Part shown: positions 8,960-18,573 of the stretch, piece after piece
Position numbering within the stretch: position 1 is the stretch's first letter
Layout: the number at the start of each line of letters is the position of its first letter
Source of the DNA: an uncultured Candidatus Saccharibacteria bacterium
Lineage (GTDB): Bacteria > Patescibacteriota > Doudnabacteria > UBA920
DNA length: 64,000 nt
Direction: 5' to 3'
Assembly (NCBI GenBank): GCA_964384035.1
Contig: CAYLIB010000003.1
Location: forward strand, 36,393-100,392
Notes under the pieces: model-generated
What the model was told of the DNA's origin: nothing
The model's input: the letters and a program-made list of their open reading frames with translations, nothing else
Database searches by the model: none
Translations under genes and position numbers: made by a program

Positions 8960-10074
8960 TAGCTCTTTCTTATGGATTCCAATAATACCCTAGCTATTTT
9001 TTCAGAAGAATCTTTAGGCATCAATTTTGATATATTAGAAGATAGGGTATTTTGAAGCTTACCGGAAAAACATAGCTTTCTTATCAACATTATAAAATTT
9101 TCACTATCTAGAGCATCTTGTGAGACAACTAGAGCTGATTTTTGATAACTCATAATTTCTGCGTTTGCTTCCTGGTGAGTTTCAGGCATAGGAACAATTA
9201 TACTTACCTTTCCAGCATAAGACAACTCTGTAATTGTTGAGAGTCCGGCCCTAGAAACTACTATATCTGAAGCTGCATAAGCCGAGGGCATATCTGTTAT
9301 AAATTCATACCTATGGTAGTGGGGATATTCCTTATTAAACCCTCCGCCTTTATTACTTCCTGTTGCATGTAAAATTTGAACATATTTCGTTAACTCTGGT
9401 AGACTTTCTTCTACCAAACGATTTAAGAAAATTGCCCCGGTACCACCCCCAAATACAAGAACCACAGGCAAGTCTGACTCTAACCCCAAATTCTTTAAGG
9501 CATCTTTTCTCTGTGGAAAAGAATCGATATTACATGGATTACCCGTAAATACGGTTCTGGATTTAGAAGACAACCCTGAAAGAAATAAACTATCTGGAAA
9601 TCCTTTCTCTGATTCCTTAAAACTCAAAGTAATCCTCTTAGCTATAAATGAGCATAAGTAATTAGAGAGGCTTACCTCTACATCTTGTTGGTGTAAATAT
9701 ATTTTAGCTCCGAATAATTTACCGCAGTACATAAGAGGTACTTGCACAAAGCTACCTGCTCCAAAAATAATCTTTGGTCTGTATTTGAGAACCAAATAAA
9801 AACTTTTAATAATCGCTAAAATAAAAATTATCGGTAATAAAAAATTCAGAAGTGAAAAATACCTTCTTAATTTTGCCGCTGGTACAGTTTCGTAGTGCGC
9901 CACCAGCGAGTTGACCATCTGTCTTTCAGGACCATTTTTTGTACCTACAAACACAAAATTAAAATTTACGTCGGGCCTTAATTCTAATATGTGTTTTTTT
10001 ACTGCCAGGAGCGGAGATACAGGTCCCCCACTACCACCACCAGCCAATAAGATTGTGATTTTCTTTTTTTTCAT
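8959..10074 (-). CDS. murG: undecaprenyldiphospho-muramoylpentapeptide beta-N-acetylglucosaminyltransferase
   Basis: 371 aa. N-terminal ILLAGGGSGGPVSPLLAV resembles the MurG G-loop. GT28 architecture. Confidence 0.75.
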   Translation of the reverse strand: MKKKKITILLAGGGSGGPVSPLLAVKKHILELRPDVNFNFVFVGTKNGPERQMVNSLVAHYETVPAAKLRRYFSLLNFLLPIIFILAIIKSFYLVLKYRPKIIFGAGSFVQVPLMYCGKLFGAKIYLHQQDVEVSLSNYLCSFIAKRITLSFKESEKGFPDSLFLSGLSSKSRTVFTGNPCNIDSFPQRKDALKNLGLESDLPVVLVFGGGTGAIFLNRLVEESLPELTKYVQILHATGSNKGGGFNKEYPHYHRYEFITDMPSAYAASDIVVSRAGLSTITELSYAGKVSIIVPMPETHQEANAEIMSYQKSALVVSQDALDSENFIMLIRKLCFSGKLQNTLSSNISKLMPKDSSEKIARVLLESIRKS

Positions 10075-11195
10075 TAGTTGAGAGACTCCATATAAACTTT
10101 ATAAGTTGCTTTCGCTGTTTCTTGCCATGAAAAGAAGCTTGCTCTAGCCAAACTTTTCTTTTGCCTCACTTCGTAGAATTGCGGGTCCCTAGCTAGCAAA
10201 TGCATCTTAGAGGCTATATCTTCTATGTCGAGCGGATCACAAAATAATGCTCCATCATCATATATTTCGTTGAAAGTATCTGTATTCGAAGCGATAACTG
10301 GGACGCTTCGAGCCATAGCCTCAAGTCCTGGTAAACCAAAACCTTCATGAAGGCTCGTTGTAACGAAGGCATAGGCACCCTGATAGAGAGCAGAGAGCTC
10401 CTCGTTACTAACGAACCCAGTAAACACAATTCGATGGCGATTTTTAACCGACAAGGCGTTGCTTTTAATTTCAGGATAATGCGGATCTTCCTTACCTGCT
10501 ATCACCAGGTCTATATCTAAACCATATTTTTCTATGAAAAGATCGAAAGCTTCCGTTAATTTTTGAATGTTCTTCTTCCTTTCTAAAACTCCTACGAAAA
10601 GGAAATAAGGCCTACTCAAAAGCAAATTGGATCTAATTTTATCCACTTTATCCTGCGTCACCAGAGTACAATTAACACCCTCATAAGTAACTCTTATCTT
10701 ATCATCATCGATTGAAAAAATTTGCTGTATGTCTCTTTTTGAACTCTCTGATACAGTTATTATTTTTTTACTTTTCTTAACAGCTGTTTCGATTACGTAC
10801 TTATATCCATAAAAATAAAGTAGATTTTTTCTTTTATGCCCTGAAATTTTGTGATGCGTCATGTCATGTATGGTTACTACGTAGGGCTCTTTATATCTTA
10901 TAGGTACATTAAAATTGGGGAAATGCATTAAATGTATACCGTACTTTTTGATTAAACTAGGAAAATATAATTGCTCTTCTAAACTATAATGCCTAAAATT
11001 TGCTTCTATAATTATGGCGTTTTTGTAACCGGAGAGTTCTGAAATTTCTTCTTTCGATTGTGTTTTTGTATTAAGAAATATGTAAAAATTATCGCTCGTA
11101 GAATATGCGAGCAAATTTTTTAGTAACTCAAAAGAATATCGCCCGATACCCCCATGAGCTACGCCCCCCATTCTAAAATCAAATCCAATATTCAT
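10074..11195 (-). CDS. glycosyltransferase family 4
   Basis: 373 aa. C-terminal EGFGLPGLEAMARSVPVIAS (the GT4 E-x7-E region). Confidence 0.8.
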   Translation of the reverse strand: MNIGFDFRMGGVAHGGIGRYSFELLKNLLAYSTSDNFYIFLNTKTQSKEEISELSGYKNAIIIEANFRHYSLEEQLYFPSLIKKYGIHLMHFPNFNVPIRYKEPYVVTIHDMTHHKISGHKRKNLLYFYGYKYVIETAVKKSKKIITVSESSKRDIQQIFSIDDDKIRVTYEGVNCTLVTQDKVDKIRSNLLLSRPYFLFVGVLERKKNIQKLTEAFDLFIEKYGLDIDLVIAGKEDPHYPEIKSNALSVKNRHRIVFTGFVSNEELSALYQGAYAFVTTSLHEGFGLPGLEAMARSVPVIASNTDTFNEIYDDGALFCDPLDIEDIASKMHLLARDPQFYEVRQKKSLARASFFSWQETAKATYKVYMESLN

Positions 11196-11196
11196 A

Positions 11197-12318
11197 CTAA
11201 GATTTTAAAGATTCAAATACTCTAAGATGTTTTTCTGCCGCAATTTCCCAGTTATATTTCTTTACCACTAACTTTCCCAAACTTACAAGACTTTCTGATA
11301 ACTTATCGTCGGACAAAAGCTGCTCGATGGCACATGCCATAGACGAACTGTCATAAGGGTCAACTAGGAGAGCAGCATTACCTGTGGTTTCGGGTATACT
11401 TGTAATTTTTGATGCTAAGACAGGTATTCCCAAAGCAAAAGCCTCTAAAGGGACGAATCCAAAGCCTTCATAAAATGAAGGGTATACTAAGAGTTTCGCT
11501 AATTTCATGATGAATTTCTTATCATGCTCAGGCACATAACCTAAAAAATGGATAACGTTTCTTTTTCGACTATTTTTTATGGCTCTAAAGATCTCTTTAT
11601 ATTTCCATCCAATCTTGCCCACTAAAACAAGATGGGAATCCCCTTCTATCTTATCAAATGCTTCTATAAGCCCAGGTACATTTTTTCTTGGTTCCATGGT
11701 AGAGACAAAAAGAATAAAATTTATAGGTAAATTATAAGTATTTCGTATCTCTCTTAATTTGTCTGCTGAGAAGTTACCTAATTCCAAGCTAACACCCGGA
11801 TAAATTGTTTCTATCTTCCTTTCTTCTACTCCAAAGATCCTGGTTATGTCTTGTTTGGTGAAATTTGAAACTGAGATTATCTTTGATGCTTTAGATAACA
11901 ATTTGGGTACTCTTATGAGTTTATGCCAAAGCCTCCTTCTCCCGTCGAAGTAGTGGGGTTCCGAGAATACAGAAAGATCATGGACCGTGGCGACTAATTT
12001 GGATGGTAAATTTAGATCCAGATAGTTGAAATTTGGAAGAAATATAACATCCTGCTTTCCTAATAATTTATTAAAACTAGGAATTCCAAAAAATCTTGTT
12101 CCAAAATTTAACACTTTATTCGGTATTTTAAAATTAACTATCCTAGAATTAATAAAATGCAAATGATTAAACTGTACATCCTTAAGATTATTATAAAATA
12201 AGGTGTACTCATTTTTGCTATCTAATTTTAGTATATTCTCTACAATATGAGCCGTGTAATTTTCTACACCAGATACTAAACCACTCTGTAGACTTCTAAT
12301 ATCAATAGCAATTCTCAT
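11197..12318 (-). CDS. glycosyltransferase family 4
   Basis: 373 aa. EGFGFVPLEAFALGIPVLAS motif. Confidence 0.8.
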   Translation of the reverse strand: MRIAIDIRSLQSGLVSGVENYTAHIVENILKLDSKNEYTLFYNNLKDVQFNHLHFINSRIVNFKIPNKVLNFGTRFFGIPSFNKLLGKQDVIFLPNFNYLDLNLPSKLVATVHDLSVFSEPHYFDGRRRLWHKLIRVPKLLSKASKIISVSNFTKQDITRIFGVEERKIETIYPGVSLELGNFSADKLREIRNTYNLPINFILFVSTMEPRKNVPGLIEAFDKIEGDSHLVLVGKIGWKYKEIFRAIKNSRKRNVIHFLGYVPEHDKKFIMKLAKLLVYPSFYEGFGFVPLEAFALGIPVLASKITSIPETTGNAALLVDPYDSSSMACAIEQLLSDDKLSESLVSLGKLVVKKYNWEIAAEKHLRVFESLKS

Positions 12319-13424
12319 AATTTTACATCCTCCAAATTATCTATAAAATTGAGAATTCTTTGTTCGAAAATATCTTTGTCAAATTTCTTAGCATGAGATA
12401 CGAGAACATCGGAACTGTATTTACTACTGTCCCAGTGTATTAATTTTTCTTTAATTTGGATAGGATCATAACTATCAAAGAACTCACCGGTTTTACCTTC
12501 GACAACACTTTCGAGAGAACCAGCTTTTCTAATTGCCAGTGTTGCGGTACCGCAAGCAGCTGCTTCAAGTGGCATTATTCCGGCATCCTCCACAGGAGGA
12601 TAAATGAAACCCTTAGCTGCGCTGTACAGGTCCCTTAATTCTGCATCAGTTACTGTGCCTAAAAATTCTACATTGTCACCTGTTATATTGCCTGAAATTT
12701 CATTAAGGTTCCCTGCACCAATTAATTTTATTTTAATGTCGGTACCTTTGATGGCATCAAATATTTCTTGATATTTCTTATGTTTTCTAAGTCTCCCACC
12801 CATTAAGAAATAGTCTTCTTTTGGGAGAGTGGGTTTCCAGAAATTTGTATCTACAAAAGGAAAAATTACTTCGGATTCTCGACCATAGAAATCTTTGACC
12901 CTTTTCTGAACTTCCTTGGAATTAGAAATATATAAATCTACCCACGAAGAAACACTCTTATCCCATTTTCTTAAACGATTGAGATAAATATTTAGAAATG
13001 GTCTTAATAGTAAAGGAGCTTCTTCAGCGATATAACCTTTGTCGGTCCAGAGAAACCTAGGTGGAGTATGAATATACTGTATATGAAAAGAACCTTTCGG
13101 TTTTATTATTCCTTTTAGAAATAAAGAACTTGAGGAAAGAATAATAGAACCTTCTGGAAAAATAAACGACCCACATGCTGGAGGGATTAATGGGAGCAAA
13201 TATTTAAAAGGCACACCCAATGAATATAAGTTCTGAAGATAACTAGTGTTTATTGCCCGATCCCCAAGGAGCTTCTCTTTGATTTTAGTATCTGCAACTA
13301 GAGTATAAACTGGTGCATTCGGAAATAGTCCTAAGAGACAATTAAAGACTCTCTCTGCACCACCAAACTGAATGAGAGAATCGTGAACTAAAACAATTTT
13401 ATTTATTTGTTCATTGGTGAGCAT
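12315..13424 (-). CDS. glycosyltransferase family 4
   Basis: 369 aa. GT4-like VHDSLIQFGGAERV N-terminus and IMPLEAAACGTATLA motif. Confidence 0.7.
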   Translation of the reverse strand: MLTNEQINKIVLVHDSLIQFGGAERVFNCLLGLFPNAPVYTLVADTKIKEKLLGDRAINTSYLQNLYSLGVPFKYLLPLIPPACGSFIFPEGSIILSSSSLFLKGIIKPKGSFHIQYIHTPPRFLWTDKGYIAEEAPLLLRPFLNIYLNRLRKWDKSVSSWVDLYISNSKEVQKRVKDFYGRESEVIFPFVDTNFWKPTLPKEDYFLMGGRLRKHKKYQEIFDAIKGTDIKIKLIGAGNLNEISGNITGDNVEFLGTVTDAELRDLYSAAKGFIYPPVEDAGIMPLEAAACGTATLAIRKAGSLESVVEGKTGEFFDSYDPIQIKEKLIHWDSSKYSSDVLVSHAKKFDKDIFEQRILNFIDNLEDVKL

Positions 13425-13426
13425 TT

Positions 13427-14899
13427 TTAGTAATCCTCTCTTGGTTTTTTCCCAAATAAAAGAAGATATGTGCTCTTGATGAGTATCTTAATATCTAACC
13501 CCACTGACCAATTCTCTATGTAATATGTGTTTAATTTAATTTCTTCTGCAAATGGTAAATCGGGAAAATTTACCTGAGCAACTTGAGACATACCAAAAAT
13601 TCCTGGCTTTATACTAAACATTCTCTTGTATGCATCCCTATATCTCTCAACTTCATCGAGTACGTGTGCTCTGGGACCGACTAGACTCATATCTCCTTTA
13701 AGTACATTCCAAAATTGAGGTATCTCATCTAATTTAGTTTTTCTAATAATCCTACCTACTCTTGTTACCCTTGGATCGTTTTTTATTTTTAAAAAGGGAC
13801 CGTCCTTACCACCCCTATCGTTTTTTTCCCAAAGCTCTGCTCGGAGTTTTTCTGCAGTTTCTCCACCAAGACCGGGGCTCATATGCGAATACATACTTCT
13901 GAACTTGTAGAACGAGAAGTCTTTACCTTTACCGCCTCTTAAAGCTGAATAAATTGCAGGACCTTTGCTGTCGAGTTTAACTGCAATGTAAATTATTAGG
14001 AAAATAGGTGAAAGTATAAGTATCGCAGTTAGACTACCGAATATGTCGATGAGTCTTTTTACCACCTTACCCCAACCTTCGAGAGGAGTATTTTTTATAA
14101 GTACAACAGGTACGCCGGCATAGCTTTCCACTTCAACCATATTTCTTTGCATATCAAAAATATTTGGAACAAAACTAAATTCCAATCCTCGGGATCTGGC
14201 GTACTCTAAAACTTTACTATTTAGATCGTCTGAGAGTGTTGAGTTTGTTTGAAAAATTTCATCTACAGGTAAATTTGGGTCTAGATTATTTAACTCATTC
14301 ATTAAAGCATCCCCTGCTTCAATTTCCTTTACAACTTCATACCCTAACTTTCTATTTTTAAAAAGTGCTTCTAAGTTTTTTGCTTGGCCGGTACCGTTAA
14401 TAACAATAAGACGGTGCAAACCCAAGCCTTTACTGTATAGATATCTCTGTATTGTTCTTAGTAATAATCGACCCGTAAATACAAATAAAATAGCCAATAC
14501 CGCAGTAGCTAAAATAATAAACCTAGACGGGAAAACAGTACGGTCGAAGAAAAACAATACGACTACTATACCTACTCCCACAGTTACTGAGTAAAAGATC
14601 TTTAGGAATTCAGCCGTTAGTTTACTGGGACTCCTAAGATTATAGAGTCCGGAGATAGCAAAAATAATAGACATTACAGGAATAATTTTCACTGCGATCC
14701 AGATAAACCCCCAGATTTGAAGATCGAATAATACTGGACCAATAAATTCCCTGAACTGTAGTCGGGAGTAAAAAGCCAATATACCAGCCAGAAAAAGCAT
14801 ACCTGCGTCTAGCGGTATTGAGGCTAAGTTAAAACCAATTTCGGATCTTTTCATAGTTCTTTCATTATACCACCGAAAAGCATCAAAAATACTTGACAA
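13427..14899 (-). CDS. polyprenyl-phosphate sugar phosphotransferase (WbaP/bacterial sugar transferase family)
   Basis: 490 aa. N-terminal TM helices. C-terminal bacterial sugar transferase domain (KFRSMYSHM ... DEIPQFWNVLKGDMSLVGPRA). Confidence 0.85.
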   Translation of the reverse strand: MSSIFDAFRWYNERTMKRSEIGFNLASIPLDAGMLFLAGILAFYSRLQFREFIGPVLFDLQIWGFIWIAVKIIPVMSIIFAISGLYNLRSPSKLTAEFLKIFYSVTVGVGIVVVLFFFDRTVFPSRFIILATAVLAILFVFTGRLLLRTIQRYLYSKGLGLHRLIVINGTGQAKNLEALFKNRKLGYEVVKEIEAGDALMNELNNLDPNLPVDEIFQTNSTLSDDLNSKVLEYARSRGLEFSFVPNIFDMQRNMVEVESYAGVPVVLIKNTPLEGWGKVVKRLIDIFGSLTAILILSPIFLIIYIAVKLDSKGPAIYSALRGGKGKDFSFYKFRSMYSHMSPGLGGETAEKLRAELWEKNDRGGKDGPFLKIKNDPRVTRVGRIIRKTKLDEIPQFWNVLKGDMSLVGPRAHVLDEVERYRDAYKRMFSIKPGIFGMSQVAQVNFPDLPFAEEIKLNTYYIENWSVGLDIKILIKSTYLLLFGKKPREDY

Positions 14900-14922
14900 A
14901 AAATTAGATTTGTCCTCTAGTT

Positions 14923-14962
14923 AAACTAAAACACCGCATTTTTCAATGCGGTGTTTTAGTTT
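14923..14962. repeat. perfect 18-bp inverted repeat with 4-nt loop (aaactaaaacaccgcatt / aatgcggtgttttagttt)
   Basis: Read directly from the sequence. It lies in the divergent spacer just upstream of the WbaP-like gene, at the left edge of a GC-rich island, and is not followed by a clear T-run. Confidence 0.5.
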
Positions 14963-15416
14963 TGCAAACTCGTAAGCCGAATTCTGTTTCTAAATGATCA
15001 TCTCTCTTATCTTGATATTGCTATCAAGCTCTAGCTGCCTACCAAATTTGGCATTGCACTCTGGTAAGAATTTAGCCGTTTCAACCCTAGTGTTACCACT
15101 AAAGCTTACCCCGTGAAGGGTACTCTAGTCTTTCGACATTGAGCGTCTCTGTTCGCATCTCGTGGATTACTCCAGACGGGCGTTACCCGCTACCATTTTT
15201 CGAAATTGCTTCCAAAATAAGTGTTCGGACTTTCCTCTGCTATGTATCGGCATTGGATTGTGTCCAATAGCCCTAATTTTACAAACTGGCAAAGCCAGAT
15301 TTGTGAAATGGAACATCACAGCGATCATTCGATTTGCTTGTTTATTATACCAGAAATAAACTAAAAGTCAAAATTATGCCATTTATCCCTTATTTGAGAG
15401 ATAAAATATAGTATTT

Positions 15417-15445
15417 ATTGACAAAAATGTTATTTTATGCTATAT
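15417..15445 (+). promoter_or_regulatory. sigma70-like promoter TTGACA-17-TATATT
   Basis: Consensus -35 and a good -10, ~55 nt upstream of the ATG at 15505. An AAAGGAGA RBS precedes the start. Confidence 0.6.
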
Positions 15446-15504
15446 TATAGAAAGCATATTTTTGTGCCCCAAACTTTACTTTCCAAAACTAAAAAGGAGA
15501 CACA

Positions 15505-16251
15505 ATGAAAAAGCAGAACCACAACAATAAACCCGCTCGCTTGACCGATGCCCAGTTCGAGGATGCGATCAGAGGCATCCTCAAAATTTGGTCGCTTATG
15601 CTGGGCAACTTCTGCCCCAACCCAGCGGAACCCGAAAGGAAACTCGCGATCGCGGGTTTCCTACTAAAGGAGAATCATCCGATCGCGGAGAAGGTGAAGC
15701 ATTTCTTCGCTGACGTGAAGTCGGAACAGAACCAAGAGGCTGCTCGAAGGGATGCCCTGGCTGTCAAACAGGCACTGTTGGGCTTGCTGAGGGCATTCTT
15801 GCGCAACCACGTGCGCTTCTTCGACAATGAGCTGGCCGCCGCTTTTGCGGGCGTGAACAACTTTTTGGAGAAGGAGTACGCCAGCGGGTCGGACAAGCTG
15901 TTCGACCTGATCAAGGTGACGAAGTGGGATCCGGCGCTGGCGAAAAGAATCGAGAAACGCCGCGCGGAACTCCAGGAAGGCACGACCAAACTTCAGGACT
16001 TCACAGATGCTGAAGAGTTCTTGACCTTCATCGCCTTGCAAAACCAAACGCTGACCTTTATTCGGAGCGTTTGCAACGAGATGAAACAGATTGCAGGCAA
16101 AAAAGCCGGCAAACTCATCTCGGAGAAGGCCGCACAGAACCGAATGAACCCAGCAACGGTCGGCAAAGAACCGGCGAAGAAAGTGGCGCCTGCCCCGAAG
16201 GCCCCGGCCTTCAATCCTGCACTCGCTGAACTCCTTTCTAGTGTCGTCTAA
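15505..16251 (+). CDS. hypothetical protein (GC-rich island gene, all-alpha, no signal peptide)
   Basis: 248-aa ORF, ~55% GC against a ~35% background. Own promoter, RBS and terminator. The many antisense ORFs in the ORF track here are a GC artefact. Confidence 0.6.
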   Translation: MKKQNHNNKPARLTDAQFEDAIRGILKIWSLMLGNFCPNPAEPERKLAIAGFLLKENHPIAEKVKHFFADVKSEQNQEAARRDALAVKQALLGLLRAFLRNHVRFFDNELAAAFAGVNNFLEKEYASGSDKLFDLIKVTKWDPALAKRIEKRRAELQEGTTKLQDFTDAEEFLTFIALQNQTLTFIRSVCNEMKQIAGKKAGKLISEKAAQNRMNPATVGKEPAKKVAPAPKAPAFNPALAELLSSVV

Positions 16252-16281
16252 TTTTCAATGTTGTGGCTCTGCCACCCAAAC

Positions 16282-16330
16282 AAACAGCCTTTGGAATCTC
16301 TTCCTGAGATTCCAAAGGCTGTTTTCTCTT
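16282..16330. terminator. strong terminator: 19-bp perfect stem, 5-nt loop, T-rich tail
   Basis: aaacagcctttggaatctc-ttcct-gagattccaaaggctgttt followed by tctcttttc. Also abuts the stop of the convergent SIMPL gene. Confidence 0.75.
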
Positions 16331-16339
16331 TTCTAAATT

Positions 16340-17131
16340 CTATTTCACCTCAAAGGTTACGGACATAGATGCAGTTATTTCTTGTTGACCGGGTTCTATG
16401 TTTGGGGAGACGGACTTTTCTAGAGCTGGAGCTGCGCCACCAAACCCGTCTGCTGCGTATGGAATTGGGTAACCACCCAATGAAGATTCTGATACGTTTA
16501 CGACTTTACCTAGAGAAAGACCAGATGCCTTAGCAAGTTCTTTTGCTTTTTCTTTTGCTTTTTCTATAGCTTGCTCCCTTGCTTTCTGACGTAGACCATC
16601 TGGATCTTCAAACGAAAGGGTAACTCCGTTTACTTGATTAGCCCCGTTTGCTGTTACACCGGAAAGAATTTTTCCTAAGTTCTCTTTGTTTTTTCCATTT
16701 ATCTGTTTTACTTCAACAGTTATGGATTGACTTACCTGGTAGCCTGTTACAGTATTTTTACCACCGGAGTTGTCGTAGTTTGGATACATATTGTAGGAGG
16801 ATGTAGAGATGTCCCCTGCTGGTATACCTTGGGATTTTACGAAATCTATTATCTTGTTTGTCTTTTGACTATTTTCATTCTGGGCTAATTCCGTAGTAGC
16901 TGCTTGGGTTAAAACACCAACATTTACAGTAGCTGTGTCGGGTTCGGACTTTACCTTACCCTCTGCTGATACAGTCATTACATTCTTAGGATTTTTATTT
17001 GCCCAGACTTCCTGTACATCGTGAAATTTTTGCGCGATTCCTAAGACAAGGAAAATCGCGAGAAGTATCCCGACGATATTTACAATACCCTTAAAACTAT
17101 CTAAGTTGCTTTTTTGTATTTCTGGTGGCAT
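16340..17131 (-). CDS. SIMPL domain protein (DUF541 / BP26-like)
   Basis: 263 aa. N-terminal TM anchor. Typical SIMPL pattern (VSAEGKV ... ATV ... SSYNMYP ... TGYQVSQSITVEV ... SMSVTFEV). Confidence 0.7.
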   Translation of the reverse strand: MPPEIQKSNLDSFKGIVNIVGILLAIFLVLGIAQKFHDVQEVWANKNPKNVMTVSAEGKVKSEPDTATVNVGVLTQAATTELAQNENSQKTNKIIDFVKSQGIPAGDISTSSYNMYPNYDNSGGKNTVTGYQVSQSITVEVKQINGKNKENLGKILSGVTANGANQVNGVTLSFEDPDGLRQKAREQAIEKAKEKAKELAKASGLSLGKVVNVSESSLGGYPIPYAADGFGGAAPALEKSVSPNIEPGQQEITASMSVTFEVK

Positions 17132-17188
17132 AAATTTTATAATTACTTAATCTCCATTTATCATAACACTATCTTGATTATCATTATC

Positions 17189-17214
17189 AAAAACCACCCA
17201 ATAGGGTGGTTTTT
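17189..17214. terminator. bidirectional terminator hairpin (accaccc/gggtggt)
   Basis: An A-run, a 7-bp GC stem and a T-run, directly downstream of the rpsI stop. Confidence 0.6.
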
Positions 17215-17229
17215 AAAATTTTAAAATGA

Positions 17230-17802
17230 TTACCTCTTCGCCCACTGTGGACTTCTACGTGCTCTCTTCAAACCTGGTTTCTTTCTTTCTTTTCTGCGGT
17301 CGTCTCGGGTTAGGAGGCCGTTTTTCTTCATTAGTTTTCTTACTTCTTCGTTAGCTTTACCTAGAGCTTGGGCTATACCGTGTCTTACTGCTTCTGATTG
17401 GGCGTTTATACCACCGCCACTAATGTTTGCATAGACTTTGAATTCTGATGCTTGACCAATTAGCTTGAAAGGTGAAAGTGCTTTCTCGACTAAATCTTTT
17501 GGAAAATATACTGAAAGTGGTTTCTTGTTTGCTGTATGTTCACCTTTTTCTGCAAAAACCCTTACATTGGCAACTGCTCTCTTTCTTCTACCAGTAGCAT
17601 AAATATATTTACCGGAGGGAATTTCCACAGCCATGAAGACCATATCTGGTTTATCTTCTTCTTGCTTCATAAGCACTGTGTCTTCTACAGTAGTTTCCTC
17701 GACTTTTTTAACAACTCGTGGTTTCTTTGCTGCAGACTTTGGTTCTGGACCAGTTTCTTTTTTTGGCTTTGCAGTTCGCGGTTTTATAGTCTTCTCAGTC
17801 AT
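17230..17802 (-). CDS. rpsI: 30S ribosomal protein S9 with a ~60-aa Lys-rich N-terminal extension
   Basis: 190 aa. Core YIYATGRRKRAVANVRVF ... GGGINAQSEAVRHGIAQAL ... KPGLKRARRSPQWAKR. Confidence 0.93.
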   Translation of the reverse strand: MTEKTIKPRTAKPKKETGPEPKSAAKKPRVVKKVEETTVEDTVLMKQEEDKPDMVFMAVEIPSGKYIYATGRRKRAVANVRVFAEKGEHTANKKPLSVYFPKDLVEKALSPFKLIGQASEFKVYANISGGGINAQSEAVRHGIAQALGKANEEVRKLMKKNGLLTRDDRRKERKKPGLKRARRSPQWAKR

Positions 17803-17805
17803 ATA

Positions 17806-18222
17806 TTATTTATTAATAGGATAGTTACTTACTTCTTGGCCGCGGACTATTTTAAGCCTTGCCATCATAGCTTTTCTGAATTTTACATCGTCAAGCATTT
17901 GCATAACTGCTCTTTTTAATACCTGTTCTGGTCTTGCTTGCATTTCGTCTTTCATACTCTTAACTCTAAGACCACCTAAGTATCCAGAGTGGGTGTAGTA
18001 CTTTTTCTGCTCAAGCTTTCTGCCAGTAACTTTAAGTTTTTCTACATTTGTAGCAACTACAAAGTCACCACCGTCCATATGAGGAGTGAAATCTCTTTTG
18101 TGCTTGCCTCTTAATAAAGTGGCAATTTTAGTAGCTACTCTGCCAAGAGAGTCACTACTAGCATCTATTTGATGCCAGGATCTGCTTACACTTTTTGCAA
18201 TTGTGGTTTTCTGTGACTTCAT
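17806..18222 (-). CDS. rplM: 50S ribosomal protein L13
   Basis: 138 aa. WHQIDASSDSLGRVATKIATLLRGKHK and FVVATNVEKLKVTG motifs. Confidence 0.93.
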   Translation of the reverse strand: MKSQKTTIAKSVSRSWHQIDASSDSLGRVATKIATLLRGKHKRDFTPHMDGGDFVVATNVEKLKVTGRKLEQKKYYTHSGYLGGLRVKSMKDEMQARPEQVLKRAVMQMLDDVKFRKAMMARLKIVRGQEVSNYPINK

Positions 18223-18224
18223 AG

Positions 18225-18569
18225 TTAATCTATTAACTCAACGAGTACTTTAGAATTTCCTGCACTCGGTTTATTCAGCTTAGTAAGGCGCAAGTAGCCG
18301 CCTTTTCTTTCTTTAAATTTAGGACCAAGAACTTCAATAGTTTTAAGAGCAGCGTTTCTAGTGAGCTTTGACAGTAATTCTCTTCGGTTATGAAGGGTAT
18401 CTGTTTTTGCTCTAGTAATTAGCTTCTCTACATAGGGTCTAACAGCTCTAGCATTTGCATAGCTGGTAGTAACCTTTTCGTACAACACAACAGAGGATGC
18501 GAGTGTGCGAAGAAGTTTTCTACGGTGATCCGTACCCTTGCCTATTTTTTTCTTTTTTAAGTGTCTCAT
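18225..18569 (-). CDS. rplQ: 50S ribosomal protein L17
   Basis: 114 aa. MRHLKKKKIGKGTDHRRKLLRTLASSVVLYEKV. Confidence 0.92.
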   Translation of the reverse strand: MRHLKKKKIGKGTDHRRKLLRTLASSVVLYEKVTTSYANARAVRPYVEKLITRAKTDTLHNRRELLSKLTRNAALKTIEVLGPKFKERKGGYLRLTKLNKPSAGNSKVLVELID

Positions 18570-18573
18570 ATAA

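Noticed and set aside
15162-15359. 65-aa ORF in the 600-bp spacer of island 1
   Set aside because: No RBS, Cys/Leu-rich and not protein-like. The region is kept as unexplained non-coding sequence rather than called as a gene.
15664-16214. Several long antisense ORFs (15664..16047, 15675..15989, 15993..16214) overlapping the 15505..16251 gene
   Set aside because: They occur only where GC is high, as expected when stop codons are rare on the reverse strand of GC-rich coding sequence. They have no RBS or promoter and their amino-acid composition is repetitive. The sense ORF has a promoter, RBS and terminator.
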